64,000 nt of DNA from Lingula anatina (lineage: Eukaryota > Animalia > Brachiopoda): positions 496,001 through 560,000 of the forward strand of contig CM120640.1 of the NCBI GenBank assembly GCA_051362555.1, in the 5' to 3' direction. The translations under genes and the position numbers were made by a program. Of the stretch, positions 24,454 to 37,023 are shown piece by piece; within the stretch, counting starts at the first letter, position 1, and each line of letters opens with the position of its first letter. The notes below the pieces were generated by a model that was not told where the DNA came from, did not search any database, and saw only the letters and a list, made by a program, of their open reading frames with translations.

Positions 24454-26667
24454 GAGACCTTCAATTTACGATATGATTATCAATTGTCACGGGGGATTAT
24501 ATCATTTGACGTCTTACAGTTTTCTCACTACTAAACCCCTTTTGAGATCTTGGCATACAGCATACATATTTTTCACAAGTTGGTGAACGGATTTATAGGA
24601 AAATCAAACATGAATCAAATCAGGGTCTGGTTTAAGGAGATTAGTCCCTGCCTCTCCCACACAGTCTGCAGCGTTCCTAATTCCTTTAATGTAAAATGGC
24701 GTGAGCGACACGCGAAGCCAGTTCTTACCAAACTACTCGGCTATAATTGGCTTGTACTGAGAAATAAATCGTCTTCTGTATATGGAATTTTCAATTACCA
24801 AAACTTTTGGTTGGGGGGAACAAAATCAGAATAGTTAGTCCAGAAGCTAAAATCGGGGAATCCTACTAAACCCATCTTTTAGGATAATACGCTCTGTGTT
24901 TGTCCATGCATCAAAAGTGAACTTAAGAACGGGCATAACTATCTCCTCGTTCAGGTCGGCTATGTCTTCTAAAAGACTATTTGGGGAATTACGGGAAGAC
25001 ATTGACACGCCAAATTAAAAAGACATGAATCCTGATTAATCTTTCCTGTTTTTCCGTGTCACAAATGTCTGAATGGATGGCCGTGTCAGTGTTTTGCCTG
25101 TTCTGTTCTTCAGAATTACCGTACCGTGCCCTCTGTGAAGTTTTGACTTCAATATCTAGGCATCATCCGGGGACAAGATTCGCTAATTAAGCACGCATTG
25201 CCTAATGACATCCGCCTTGATTGATTATACTAAGGTACTGTCAGGAAAATACCGTAGTTTTGACTAATATTTTAAATAAACCTAACACCTAGTGGTGGAC
25301 CATTTTATGAATCATCTGTCAAAATTGGAACATTTAAACAAACATAAAAAATGCAATCTCGGGACTTCATGATTCAGGAATTGACGTGTTTTCATAACTC
25401 CTAAGAAATACATATCTATGTGTAGAGAAGCGAATTTCTAGGACATACGTGACTTGAATCCACACAGCTGTTCTATAGTCCAATTTCCGGGTTAAATTTC
25501 AAACGGAAACGTATGATCACTACGCCTTTTTTAACCCTCATTTTATGTCTTTTGAGAGCATTTCTTTATCACACTAAATCAAGATTCGTCAGAAGCATGA
25601 TAACTGACAGCGCACCTTGGATCATGATATATGCTTCAGCTGCTGTACCACGACCTGCTGAGTCCTTTTCTGTGTGCTTTAATTGGGTGTGAAATGTTGG
25701 CAGCAATACGATTTTCTCCGACAGATGGAAAAGACACAGCATTGCCTTGAACTGGCTACACGAACGCTACCACAGCAATTTGTAGCACAAACGCTAAATT
25801 AACGCTCTGTTGCAATGAGACGGGTCTAAAAGTACGTTCTTCGAAATTTTCCAAACATAATTTTTGTCAATACAACAGCAAACAGCAAGCATGTCACCGA
25901 CAGATATTTCAATTACGGATTCAACAATTTAATAAAGGAGTGAATTAAAGTGCCGTTGCCTCCCCCCACCCTCGACCTACAATATACCTTATACACCCCA
26001 GCTGTCAGAGAACCCCCCTCCCCCGTCTCACACACCCTGTACAACAACTCACCTGTAAGAGAAGTTTGGGGACAGACGCCGGCGTCACAGGGCCGCGTCT
26101 CCTCGTCACTGCCGACACACATGCTGCCACCGTTCTGAGGGGCGGGGCTGTCACAGAAACGAACGCGGCGTTCAGTCTACAGAATAAAAGAAATACTATA
26201 AATCACTCTTGGTCAGTTGGTAAAGTAATTTGACCAATCTGGTTCTTCAATGTTCCTTAAAACTACTTTACATAAACTTACAGCTCAGTGGGAACTACGT
26301 TTTTCATTAAAACACGCTAAAATAGATAAAGATAGAACATGATAGGGAATTACAAATAAAGGAAAAATGAATGTTTTGAAACTGTTTAAGTTTTGTATTT
26401 TGGACTTAATTCTAGAACTACGATTGGAAACGTATGTAAACGCTCACTCCAGTTCCGCAGGTGGCCGAGCATTTGCCCCAGGCTTTCCAAGGCCCCCAAG
26501 CGCCATCTATTGCCGGGAGGAGGGGTTTCCCAGTAACCACAGTGACAGCTGGTTTAGAGGGGTCTACTGGCCTTGGGGTGACAGGGGCCTGTGTTCCAGT
26601 TGGGGGTTTGTACTGCCCATACCCGGACACAGGGACCTTCACTCCAGCCAGGTTGCCTGGTTAAAAA

Positions 26668-26707
<40 letters not shown>

Positions 26708-27976
26708 AAATCTTGTTTTACAGCTATGCTTATTGTACCACCTCAGGAATAATACAGCTATTATTTCTATTTATTATTCATTAATTTTCAAGTTGCCTAG
26801 TAAGACATTTCCCTTTACAGTAGGACTCACATTATCACCCATTGGGTAAAACTGTCGCTATGTCAGCTAACCAGCTACAGAATCTGATTAGAACGTTACC
26901 AGAACGTTTGCGTAACGTTAGCGTAACGTTCTAATAATGTTCAGTGATTGCTGGGATAACCATACAAACATAATAGCTGGAAGTCGGAACATTTTACATC
27001 TGCAGGTAACTGTATGTATGCAGGGTGACATGAAGGAAAAAACTTATCAGAAAAACTTAGAATGTCCAAGGCAACAAAGAGAAAACATTATTAAAGACTT
27101 GGCTTCCAAAGCGGTGAGGGAGGTGGGGAGTTTTGTGGCGATATGATTGAGACTCGGCCATCAAGATCCCACTCACTTGGGTCATTGGTGGAAAGTCCTC
27201 TTTGCCTCAATATGGCGTCCCTTTCGCTCTTGGTGTCAACCACATCTGCCTCCCAACAACTAGTGTAGAAGGAATTCTTGTTAAACTCCCACTCCCACAC
27301 GAAGGTGTAACGCCCTGTCAAAACATAAATACCTGTGAATTCACATATTGTTGCTTATTATTAAAAGATACGCTTCGTTTTGTAAATACTTAAGGTCACT
27401 GGATACCTACTAATACAAGAATGTGATTATACCCTAAATGTCTTTAGATTTGCAGTGGAATTATAAAAAAGTTAATTGTCTGCAAGTATCAGTGAAATCA
27501 TTCCCACTTTCTATGTAATGTTGGCTCATTAAAAATCAATGTAAAGTAAAGTTATAGTTTCTCAAAAATGGTATATCTAGTTTTTCTAATTGATCTCAGA
27601 CCTGCTGGCATCTTAGGGAAATCAAATGCAAATGTCCCCATCGCTTTATCTGTGCCCTCGCAGAACTTGGGGGCGTTCTGGTAGCCCTGCTTGGGGTAAG
27701 TCTGTGTGTCCGCCCCCTGACCCACGGGGGACACGCCCAGATCTACCAACAGGTTCTTCCTGAGAACTGAGAGGGCCGGGTCGGTGTTGCCGCTGGAGAA
27801 GAAGATTTTGTTGGCGTTGTCTGGTATCCATGGGTTGGTGCACTCCAAGTCAGCGCCGTGGTTCTGGGGGTGAAGACATTGTAGAAACATGATCCATAGA
27901 GTGATGATGCTCCGTACAGGTATATATACAAGTATACATATGTAACTAGCCCTTAGAAAGTAAATGTTAAGTGACA

Positions 27977-28018
<42 letters not shown>

Positions 28019-29916
28019 TGTGTGCGTGTGTATGCGCGTTTGCTTGTATGTGTGTGTGTGTCACTTTTCTTGTGTGTGTGTGTGGAGGGGGGGGGGGGAG
28101 TGTGCGCTATTCATTCAGTAAAATATTTTACCTGGGGTTGGGATGCAAAAAAGAAATGGAAAATGTTACCATATCCTGTCTTAGGGTGTACCACATTGCA
28201 GTAGAGATGCTCACCTTCATAGGGTGGACCAGTACCACATTACAGTAGAGATGCTCACCTTCATAGGGTGGACCAGTACCACATTACAGTAGAGATGCTC
28301 ACCTTCATAGGGTGGACCAGTACCACATTGTGGTAGAGATGTTCACCTTCATAGGGTGGACCAGTACCACATTACAGTAGAGATGCTCACCTTCATAGGG
28401 TGGACCAGTACCACATTACAGTAGAGATGCTCACCTTCATAGGGTGGACCAGTACCACATTACAGTAGAGATGCTCACCTTCATAGGGTGGACCAGTACC
28501 ACATTACAGTAGAGATGCTCACCTTCATAGGGTGGACCAGTACCATATTGCAGTAGAGATGCTCACCTTCATAGGGTGGACCAGTACCACACGCTGACCG
28601 GGGTAGTAGACAGCGATGTGGTAGCCAGCAGGGTAGTGGACCTGGTCATTTCGGGGTTCTCTGCACACCTGGTTTTCCTTGGGGTTGTAGTTGAAGCCAG
28701 TATCTGTGCCAAACGCCACTGGACAATAAAAATAATTACAGATTAAACGTCATCAAAGCTGACGATTGCATCAACATTTTTGTCTTATTTTAGAAAGAAC
28801 ACGCTGATTAGAGTAAAACTGATTATGCCAAATTTTTATTAATAACTTTAGGATATTTTAGAGGTGCTAGGTGGTTTTTTTTTTCCAATATTGGGACCAG
28901 CATTCATTGCAGGCTATTTAAAATAAAACTATTTTGACAGGACGGTAAAATAAAAGCACATCTACCTACTGATTGCCACAGAGTAACCTGAACATGAAAT
29001 CTGTATGATCTGAACATACGGGGATAACAAACACGTTTTATTTGCATTTTGAAACCATTTAAATACTTCATTTCTTGCAGTATTCAATGGTCAAATGTAG
29101 ATTATTAATCTTACAATACACGTAAATGTATCTTTATTATAGAAGCAATTTACGTGCTACATGCATGTCTTGCAGTTTCCAAAGGTCAAATATTTATTAC
29201 TAGTCGGATAATGTATGTAAATGTATCTTCATTAAAGAATAGCAAATGTCATTATTATAACGTAAATGTATCGTATTGTTATATTATTACCTTCGTAATA
29301 TGCACTGGAACCAATAAAGAATGATATATTGATAACAATAAAAAGGCGTTAATCTCAGATTAAATATAACCTAGACTATCAAATCAGCGCCCTAAACGTC
29401 ACGGGATATACACATGTACCTGTACTGCCATCTACTGGAATATCGTAGCTAGCTGTCTAATACAGTCTCTCTCCTTTATAACAGACCCGGTACATTTTAA
29501 CTGAAAACAACCAAACCTGGCAGTGTCCTTCGGCAATTTTAATTAAGACTTTTTTTGCCCTGATACATGTGGATAATTATCTTTGCTTCAATTGTGATTT
29601 GAACTGTTCAACATCTTTTACACTTAACAGAGTCTTCCAATGTTGACAGGCAAGGGCATTTAACTCATTTTCATCTTTTTCATAACAGAACGAAATTAAA
29701 TCATTGTTGTGCAACATCGCAATGCGGACAGCACAATAATTATATCAGTTACTTACGATCTTTTGCAGCATATCTGTTGGCCGCTCTTGGATAAGCTCTG
29801 CATATGTCCGGCTTGTAGTAGTGCCCGTTCTCCTCCAGGTAGTCGGTACAAACCAGCCACGAGTGGCCGCGGACAACACTGACCACCAGACACAGAGGAA
29901 CCAATAACCGCAACAT
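23686..29916 (-). CDS. Secreted 444-aa protein: signal peptide, His1 LPMO-like (putative copper histidine-brace) domain, Pro/Thr linker, TSP1 repeat, CBM2-like domain; 8 exons
   Basis: Exons 29916-29757, 28718-28567, 27863-27602, 27314-27177, 26656-26448, 26176-26053, 24203-24076, 23847-23686. All GT-AG and phase-consistent, 1335 nt in total. Key sequence: [17 protein letters not shown]|HSWLVCTDY...HPMKNH...[28 protein letters not shown]1: [36 protein letters not shown]-terminus: SSWDTG..GNWKV..NVWHG..SGW. TATA-like element near 30019-30027, AATAAA at 23581-23576. The gene model is well supported; the function is inferred. Confidence 0.85.
24413..24453. repeat. (AAT)n microsatellite
   Basis: About 13 consecutive AAT units in intron 6 of the LPMO-like gene. 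Confidence 0.95.
26669..26709. repeat. (GAAA)n microsatellite forming the polypyrimidine tract of the exon-5 acceptor
   Basis: (TTTC)n on the minus strand directly upstream of aaccag|, exon starting 26656. Confidence 0.9.
27980..28084. repeat. (GT)n microsatellite, imperfect
   Basis: Runs of GTGTGT in intron 2 of the LPMO-like gene. Confidence 0.9.
28188..28591 (-). repeat. 44-bp tandem repeat, 9 copies plus a partial, each copy = last 24 nt of exon 2 + 5' splice site + intron start
   Basis: Minus-strand unit GTGGTACTGGTCCACCCTATGAAG|GTGAGCATCTCTACTGTAAT. Plus-strand starts at 28201, 28245 ... 28553. Confidence 0.95.
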
Positions 29917-32554
29917 TTTCTTCCAGAGCAGTGGGCGACGCGAGGTCTTATGATGTGAAACTTCGCCAGATGTTTGCTTTTATTTCGTAAGATGAAGAGA
30001 TACAGTATCAGTCCCAGGTTTAAATAAGGGAACCGGGGCCTGGAAGCCACGTCAACATTTAGGTTAACAAGCTGTCCAGGCATGACGCACCTGTCCTTGG
30101 AATTAAGTTTCACGTTAAATAAACCAAAAAGTCGGAGTGTGAATAAGCTTCTATACTGCAGAAAATACTTATCAAATACCAATAGGCCCTTTGCCGTGTA
30201 TAAGTAATGTCAAATTGATCCGCTTCCTGTTTTAAAACAACATTAAAACGCAGCGTCATGAAAAAAGACCTCTCTGACTAACGCTGCCCACAGATGTGAT
30301 AATAAGACTGACCAAACAAACGCGGAACATTGTTCATTACGGATGTGCAGCGTCACTCTTACGTCTTCACAGGATCTCAAAGAACGCTTGAAACAGGATG
30401 CGAAGGTTTTCAATGATTTTAAATTCTAAGAATAGACCAACGTTTGTTTTTAAAAGTACAAATTCAATAAATGGCATATTGAACACATTCCCAATGCAAA
30501 CAGCGATCAGCAAGACTTGTATGGGAAAATCGTGTCCTGGGTATTATGTCGGACAACATAACCTGAGTAACCGCCTACGCATCAGGGTTCATCCTATCGC
30601 ACGGGAGGGTGGGGGCAGTTGTTATTAGAAGGCATTGACAAACCTTTTTATTTAAAAGTTTTGTTATTGAATAGTATTTAAAGCAAAATATATGGTTCAA
30701 AAACATCCCAACTGGCTAACGTGAAAAAAATAAAAGCCATCAAAAAGTAGATCAAGCGCAAACAAATACAAACATGAGAAAATTAATAAGAATAATAATA
30801 AGAATAAAAATTAGGTCAAAATTGTTATAGAATGCAGTGTTTTAGACGAATGCGCATCTTAAATATAAAGCTTTTGAGGTTTTTCCGGTCAACTACACCA
30901 GGAGCAAATATCTGGCGAGAGATAGTCTGTGAAAAATAACTTTGAATTTGATGGCACCTTCGACACTTTGATGTTTAGGTTTCACGTCATCGTCGCCTTA
31001 TTCACTAAAAACACGGTATCTGATACATGCTTCACAACAAATATGATTTCGATATTTTACACATGGTATATATGTGTTATATTTCGATACATAAAAAATC
31101 ACTCCCTGTCTTACCGCCAACAATAGTTAAATTGCATCTCACCATGACATAAAAACCAGGTCACGTTTTGACATAATTTGATGACGTAAAGAATAAAGGT
31201 GGAACTTAACACATAATATAGAATGCATTGCTTCAATATGCATAGTCATCGTCGTGCAAATAACAACCAAGTGTCGTCTATTGCTTCCGTAGTGCTTGAA
31301 AACCAAACTAGCCAAGTTCCTGTGTGCTTCAAATAAATATAATGATGCACACAGTTATCCCACCAAATATCTGCAGCTTATATCAAATAGAAAACTACAG
31401 AATCATTTCCGCATTGTATAGCTGCAACAAACCTTCTCTAACACAGCCTGTCGATAAATCGTCTCGTTTTTCAAAAATGTTGATATCTTACTTGATCAAA
31501 AATAGAGTACCATCAGCAGCTGATCACCGTGAAAAGTAGTACACTAACAACTTGCATTATTACGTTCATGTGTAGTATTTTGGATCAATACGATGAATAC
31601 ATAACAATTTCAAACTCGGGTGGCTACTGTTTTTATTATGCCATTAAAATAAAATGATACAATGATTTCTCACACAAAGAAAATCATACGAAGAAAGAAA
31701 CCAGTGCAAGTGATTTTCTATATAATCTATCATAATAAATATTGCATTTGCTTGTAGCAACAATAATAGTAGTCCAAAAATTAAAATCTTGGTCAAAGTA
31801 AAATGCGAAAGTAGTATAAAGTATTATAAGGACTTCCAGTATGAACAGACATTAAAACTGGCGTTCTGATGAGACTGAACTATTTACACTATGAATCAAT
31901 GGCTTTCTTCATTAAAATAATGCTCTTCTTTGATACTTCACTATCTACACTACCGCCATGCCGGCACAGAACATGTGACAACACTATATCAATTGTTTGT
32001 TTACAAATATAGAGAATTAATCTTAAATTCTTTTTAAATCACGCACAGTATGTCTCTCATCTCTTTACAGGTGCTATAATTATATCACTGCCTCTGTACA
32101 ATATAAAATGACCAGGAATTTCAGTTTCTATAAATCACTTTTTCAATATGCAGCCTTGGCTTCAGCCCTGTGGATTTACTACACTACCCTTCAATTAAAC
32201 TATAAATTCCAACTATAACTTATTAAGTCACTCATATTTTATAATGTCTACTACCATATAATGGACCTTGTACAGTATCGTGGAACTAGACAAATAATAT
32301 AATAAAAGCAAGAATTTTACCAAATCGTTGAAGCTAGTTTTTTCAGCTCAGGCACCTGTCTAATTCACAATATTTCTAGCTTCAGTAATTACTTATACAT
32401 AATCAAAATATCCTAGCTTTCTCGGTAACAGTTCGTTGAAAAGGTTTACTCCAAAATGAAATCAGCTTCTTGATGAGCAAGTATCAAAGTTTCAAGTCTA
32501 TAGGTATCACAATGGCAGGGACTGAACAGCTGTTGGTCTCGTTGTCTTGGAGTG

Positions 32555-35500
32555 TTAAGAGTTATTTTTGACCAGTACCACGGTGTGCTGACCCCCTGCA
32601 GACACCATCAACGCTGACCTGGAGAACAGAGAACAACTTGTGACCCACTTATAACATTGTTATATTATAACATACATAGAAAAAAAAATTAACTTACTAT
32701 AGGACTTGCTGAATAAAAAAGCAACAATCCTAAATTGCAATCATTAACACTAATCTTGAACTGGGGAACTAATGACACTTCATAACATCAAGTAAAGACT
32801 TTAACATTGCAATGTAATATTTACTTTTTATTTATTTACTCTTTATGAATAATTTCATCCAACTGTCATAACTTCTACTGAACTGAATGTGAACATCACT
32901 TTCATAAATATAAATCCACTTTTTCATCTTACCAATAAAAAGAAAATGTTCCACAATTAAAAAATGCTATGACTTTACTAAAAATTAATAGTCATTTCAT
33001 TATCAAGTATTCCTCAAGTATTTATTCCACAATAAGAAACAAATGTTCTGTTTCCAACCATACCTGTCTTCTAGTTGTTTTCCTTGCATCTGTGTGGGTT
33101 CCCAGAGATCTTCCTCTTCGTCTCCTGCTCCAAGCTGTTTACTGGTGCCCATGCCCCAAGAGAAGATCTCACCTGGGGAAGTTGGCAAAATTACAATTAA
33201 ATAGATTATATCAAAATATCAAACTTCCATTGAAACAGATATTTATCATATAGGATAGAAATATATAAATATCTCAGTGTATTACAAAATAGACTTTCTG
33301 CTAATTCTTAGTTAAAATTTACTCTAAATGTATGTAAAAAGTCAATTTTGGCCTCTGTGAATAGACATTGTCGTTAGGGTATTGCTAAGTCATTTATTTT
33401 TAAGAGAATTATTACCAAACAATTCTGAAAATATGCAAAATGTTAGTGTAATGTGGTTTAAAAATAGCAAGAAAAAGAGGGTCTGTGTAGGTACAATTAA
33501 GAGGAAACTTCTAATGTGCTTCTCACCTTTCCCTGTTACAGCAAATGACACAGAGCCCCCGGCAGCCACATCCACACAGCCCTTTCCTGATAAAGTTTGC
33601 ACTAATGTTGGCACCATTTTCTCTTCGTGATTGTTTTCCCCGAGCCCAAGTCTGCCGTATGTGGACCGTCCCATTGTGTACACTTTTCCTGCAGATAGAA
33701 AGATTTACATTCAGCCAAAAAAGTGGAAAATCTTAGAAAAATCTTTGTAAGTTTTAGTATAATTAAAAATTGTTTTTTTTTTCTTTTTTCAATGTTATTT
33801 ACTGTCAGTATTTTGGCAAAACATGTATACACTAACTTGACAAGATTAAAAAACTCCAGGAAAAATGTTGCAGTGCCATGAACCAAATGTAAAACATCCT
33901 ACTACTGTTGTCAGTACAACATCTTCATTTGTGGCCACAGGGACAATCTGAAGGGTAAAAACCACAAACTACATTTCATGCATTCCCTTACCTGACCCAT
34001 CTATAGCCACAGTGTGATGTTGACCTCCCTGTACTAGTAATTCTTGTCTTACCTGACCCATCTATAGCCACAGTATGATGTTGACCTCCCTGTTCTAGTA
34101 ATTCTTTTCTTACCTGACCCATCTATAGCCACAGTGTGATGTTGACCTCCCTGTACTAGTAATTCTTTTCTTACCTGACCCATCTATAGCCACAGTATGA
34201 TGTTGACCTCCCTGTACTAGTAATTCTTTTCTTACCTGACCCATCTATAGCCACTGTGTGATGTTGACCTCCTTGAATTGTCTTCCAGTCTTTGGAAAAT
34301 GAGAAAGATTCCAACTTCTCGGGGACGAACCTATTCTGCATGTCATCAACTCCTGGTGGAAGACAATATAATACATTATTATAACATGGGTCACAAAACA
34401 GATTCCTTTTCAGAACTGAAATGTTTTTTTCCCATCTGTACTTATGTTACATCTAAACATGCTTCATGTGTCTTCCTTTATTCCATAATTATTTTTGTAT
34501 CCATCCAAAAAAAGCAAAAAAAATCCCTGGATTTTCTTTTTTGTTCTTATTAAAAATGATTAAAAGAAAACTTTTTGTTCTTTTGTCAACAATTCCCATT
34601 AACATAAACACATTATTAACAAGCATAAGGTTTGGATTTCACAGAACCTGCTGTGGAAATTGCTCATTTGCAAATAAACAGGAGAATTTGAAATCTACAA
34701 CTTGTACGTCTGCACGGCTGCATATTACATGTTAAAGAAAACATCAACAGTAACACTTTCACCCTCATCCTTACCTAACTGGTAGTAGTTGTTCAAGCCC
34801 CAGCCGTAGATTTCCCCAGACTGTTTGATCTGAGCAAAGGTGACATAGGTACCCGCCCATATGTCTGAGAAAACCACCTTGCCCTGTCCACGGATCCTCT
34901 TACAGTGGACAACACCGGGACTGAGAATAAAATCTGAAATAGGAGGAAATGACCTGGGTAAAACCAATTGTGTCTCCTAATTATGTCAACTGTTTTTTCT
35001 GGCCTTTTTTCAAATGCCTTTGACGTGCTTGTCTCCTCCTAACCAATTTAAACAAGGCACTCTTGCATTCTTTCTGACAAAGGGCTCAAACTATTTTCAA
35101 AGGGTTCTTTCGGGTAATTTTGTGCACATTTTTATTTCTATTTATTTACATGCCCTGCATCAATTGTTTACCTACCTAAACCTTTTCTACCACCCCGACT
35201 AGCAAAGCATTCTGCCACTCTTCCTAGCTGTCCCTGCTCTGCATTGCCTGGTAATACATTACACACCAGTGTCAGAATATAATAGTCAAAGAAGATAAAT
35301 AAATGAGTAAATAAAACTAAATTAATACATAAATAGAATGGAAAATTAGTAATAATAATAAACTTCTGATACTAACTTAAAACTCAGAACTCTACTAATT
35401 GGTTACTATGAAGAAAATAATCATCTTGTGTACAGTTTTGAATACACATTCACATAAAGCCTACATAAAACACAGACTTTCTGAACTAAACTATAACCCT

Positions 35501-37023
35501 GACGGTATTTCTCTATTCAGAATAGTTCCTGGTTTACCTAAAGTGTAAATGATTCCATCCTCTCCCAGACAGACTAAGTGGTCACTACCAGAGACAATCT
35601 TCACCACAGCACTGTCCAGGTTGATTTCAATGGGCCTCTGCTGGGGACCCTCTACTGTGAGACCTATAGAACCACTCGCATCCTGTAATAAAGACATGAA
35701 ATGAAAAAAACATTGAATGAAGAAAATACTGCTCTTAAACTCTGATGAACAAGAAATACCACAACAATAAATACCTTCAAACAAACAAACTTCAATACCA
35801 TTTAAATTTTATTTGAGCACAAACACGATTTCAATAGCTATATAAAACTGTCAGCCAACTTATAAATGTCTTTCTCTTAAACATCACAAAACTAATACAT
35901 CGATTTAATTCAAAACAGAAGTTCCTTCCTTTTCTATTTTAATTTCTCTGTCAATTAACTTTATCTAGTGAAAGAGTAAGCTCACCCTGAAATTCCCCCA
36001 GGCATAAACTTTCCCGTCTTCTGCGAGGGCAGCGGTGTGACTGTCCCCTGCACTGACTTGGACAATCTTATATGGGAGGTCCGTAACTTTAGCTGGGGAA
36101 GCCTCGGACCCTTCTTCTGATGTATCTCTACCCAGAGAGCCATCATCATTACAGCCAAATGTGTAAACCTGAACAGAGAACATCAAGACTGTTTATAACG
36201 CTCTTAAAGTTATTGCATTAGAAATTACATGTTACTATATGTTTTCCTTATAACTACACCTGGAATAAAAAAATATTGAAACTTTAAGCATTCTTTTTCT
36301 TCTTTGCAAGGGGGAAACCCTGGAGAGCTATTTCAATAATTTTAATATTTCAAAAAACTGCTTAATGACTGCAATAACTCTTTCAGGTTAATAGATTTGG
36401 ACATCTTAGCCTCTGGAATAGCTAATAGTCACTGCTATCTTAAATATAATTTTTTTCATGCTTACCTCTCCCTCCTCTGTCAAGCAAACTGTATGCATTC
36501 CTCCTGCCACAATTTGTATAACATTTGGAGGCAGATCTACTTTTCCTGGTCTTTTCCTCTCAAACACGTCTTCCCCCAAACCCAGCTGGCCGACATCGCC
36601 CTCCCCAAGTGTTAAAACTAAACCTTTCTCTGTTCTGTGACTTCTGTGAAATACTAAAATAATAATAAAAATTATGAAAAATTATAAAATAAAATATTAA
36701 TTACAACAACAGTACCTGCTTGCTAATTAAATCCTACTCAAGTGTTTTGAAACTTTGAAAATAAGAAATATTTCACATCACATATTAATTTTTACAGAAT
36801 TTTATTGTTTTTAGAAATACTGAAACTATAAATTGTTCAAGATCAAAAATGGGAAGCAAACACTAATAATTTACAAACATAATTTATAATATTAAAAACC
36901 TTTTATTCTTTTGGCTGTCTCTTCAATGACAGTTCCATTTTCTTTTACTGTAGAAATGACCCTTTTTCTTCCCCTCTTTTCAGTTGGTTTGGCTGACTGC
37001 ACACTGCTCCTTTTACTTGGCAT
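32555..37023 (-). CDS. RCC1: Regulator of chromosome condensation 1 (Ran GEF), 10 coding exons
   Basis: Exons 37023-36900, 36653-36466, 36168-35986, 35682-35538, 35247-35176, 34933-34775, 34352-34236, 33688-33527, 33172-33064, 32618-32555. Basic N-terminal tail; RCC1 repeats ([65 protein letters not shown]). Probable 5' UTR exon ending 37579. Confidence 0.95.
33987..34273 (-). repeat. 61-bp tandem repeat, 5 donor copies, each = last 37 nt of an RCC1 exon + 5' splice site
   Basis: Minus-strand unit GGAGGTCAACATCACACAGTGGCTATAGATGGGTCAG|GTAAGAAAAGAATTACTAGTACAG. Plus-strand starts at 33987, 34048, 34109, 34170, 34231. Confidence 0.95.

Noticed and set aside
27964-28248. VCVC-rich ORFs
   Set aside because: Translation of the (GT)n microsatellite.
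28188-28591. CRISPR-like appearance of the 44-bp array
   Set aside because: Units are contiguous with no unique spacers, there are no cas genes, and the context is a eukaryotic intron.
23686-29916. Calling the gene an AA15 LPMO, or just a hemicentin/thrombospondin fragment
   Set aside because: It lacks the AA15 N-terminal HG..P..R pattern; it has only one TSP1 repeat and is a complete gene with start, stop and poly(A) signal.
29745-30182. 145-aa ORF-track protein over exon 1 of the LPMO-like gene
   Set aside because: Wrong frame; the real exon uses ATG 29916 with a signal peptide and a phase-consistent donor at 29757.
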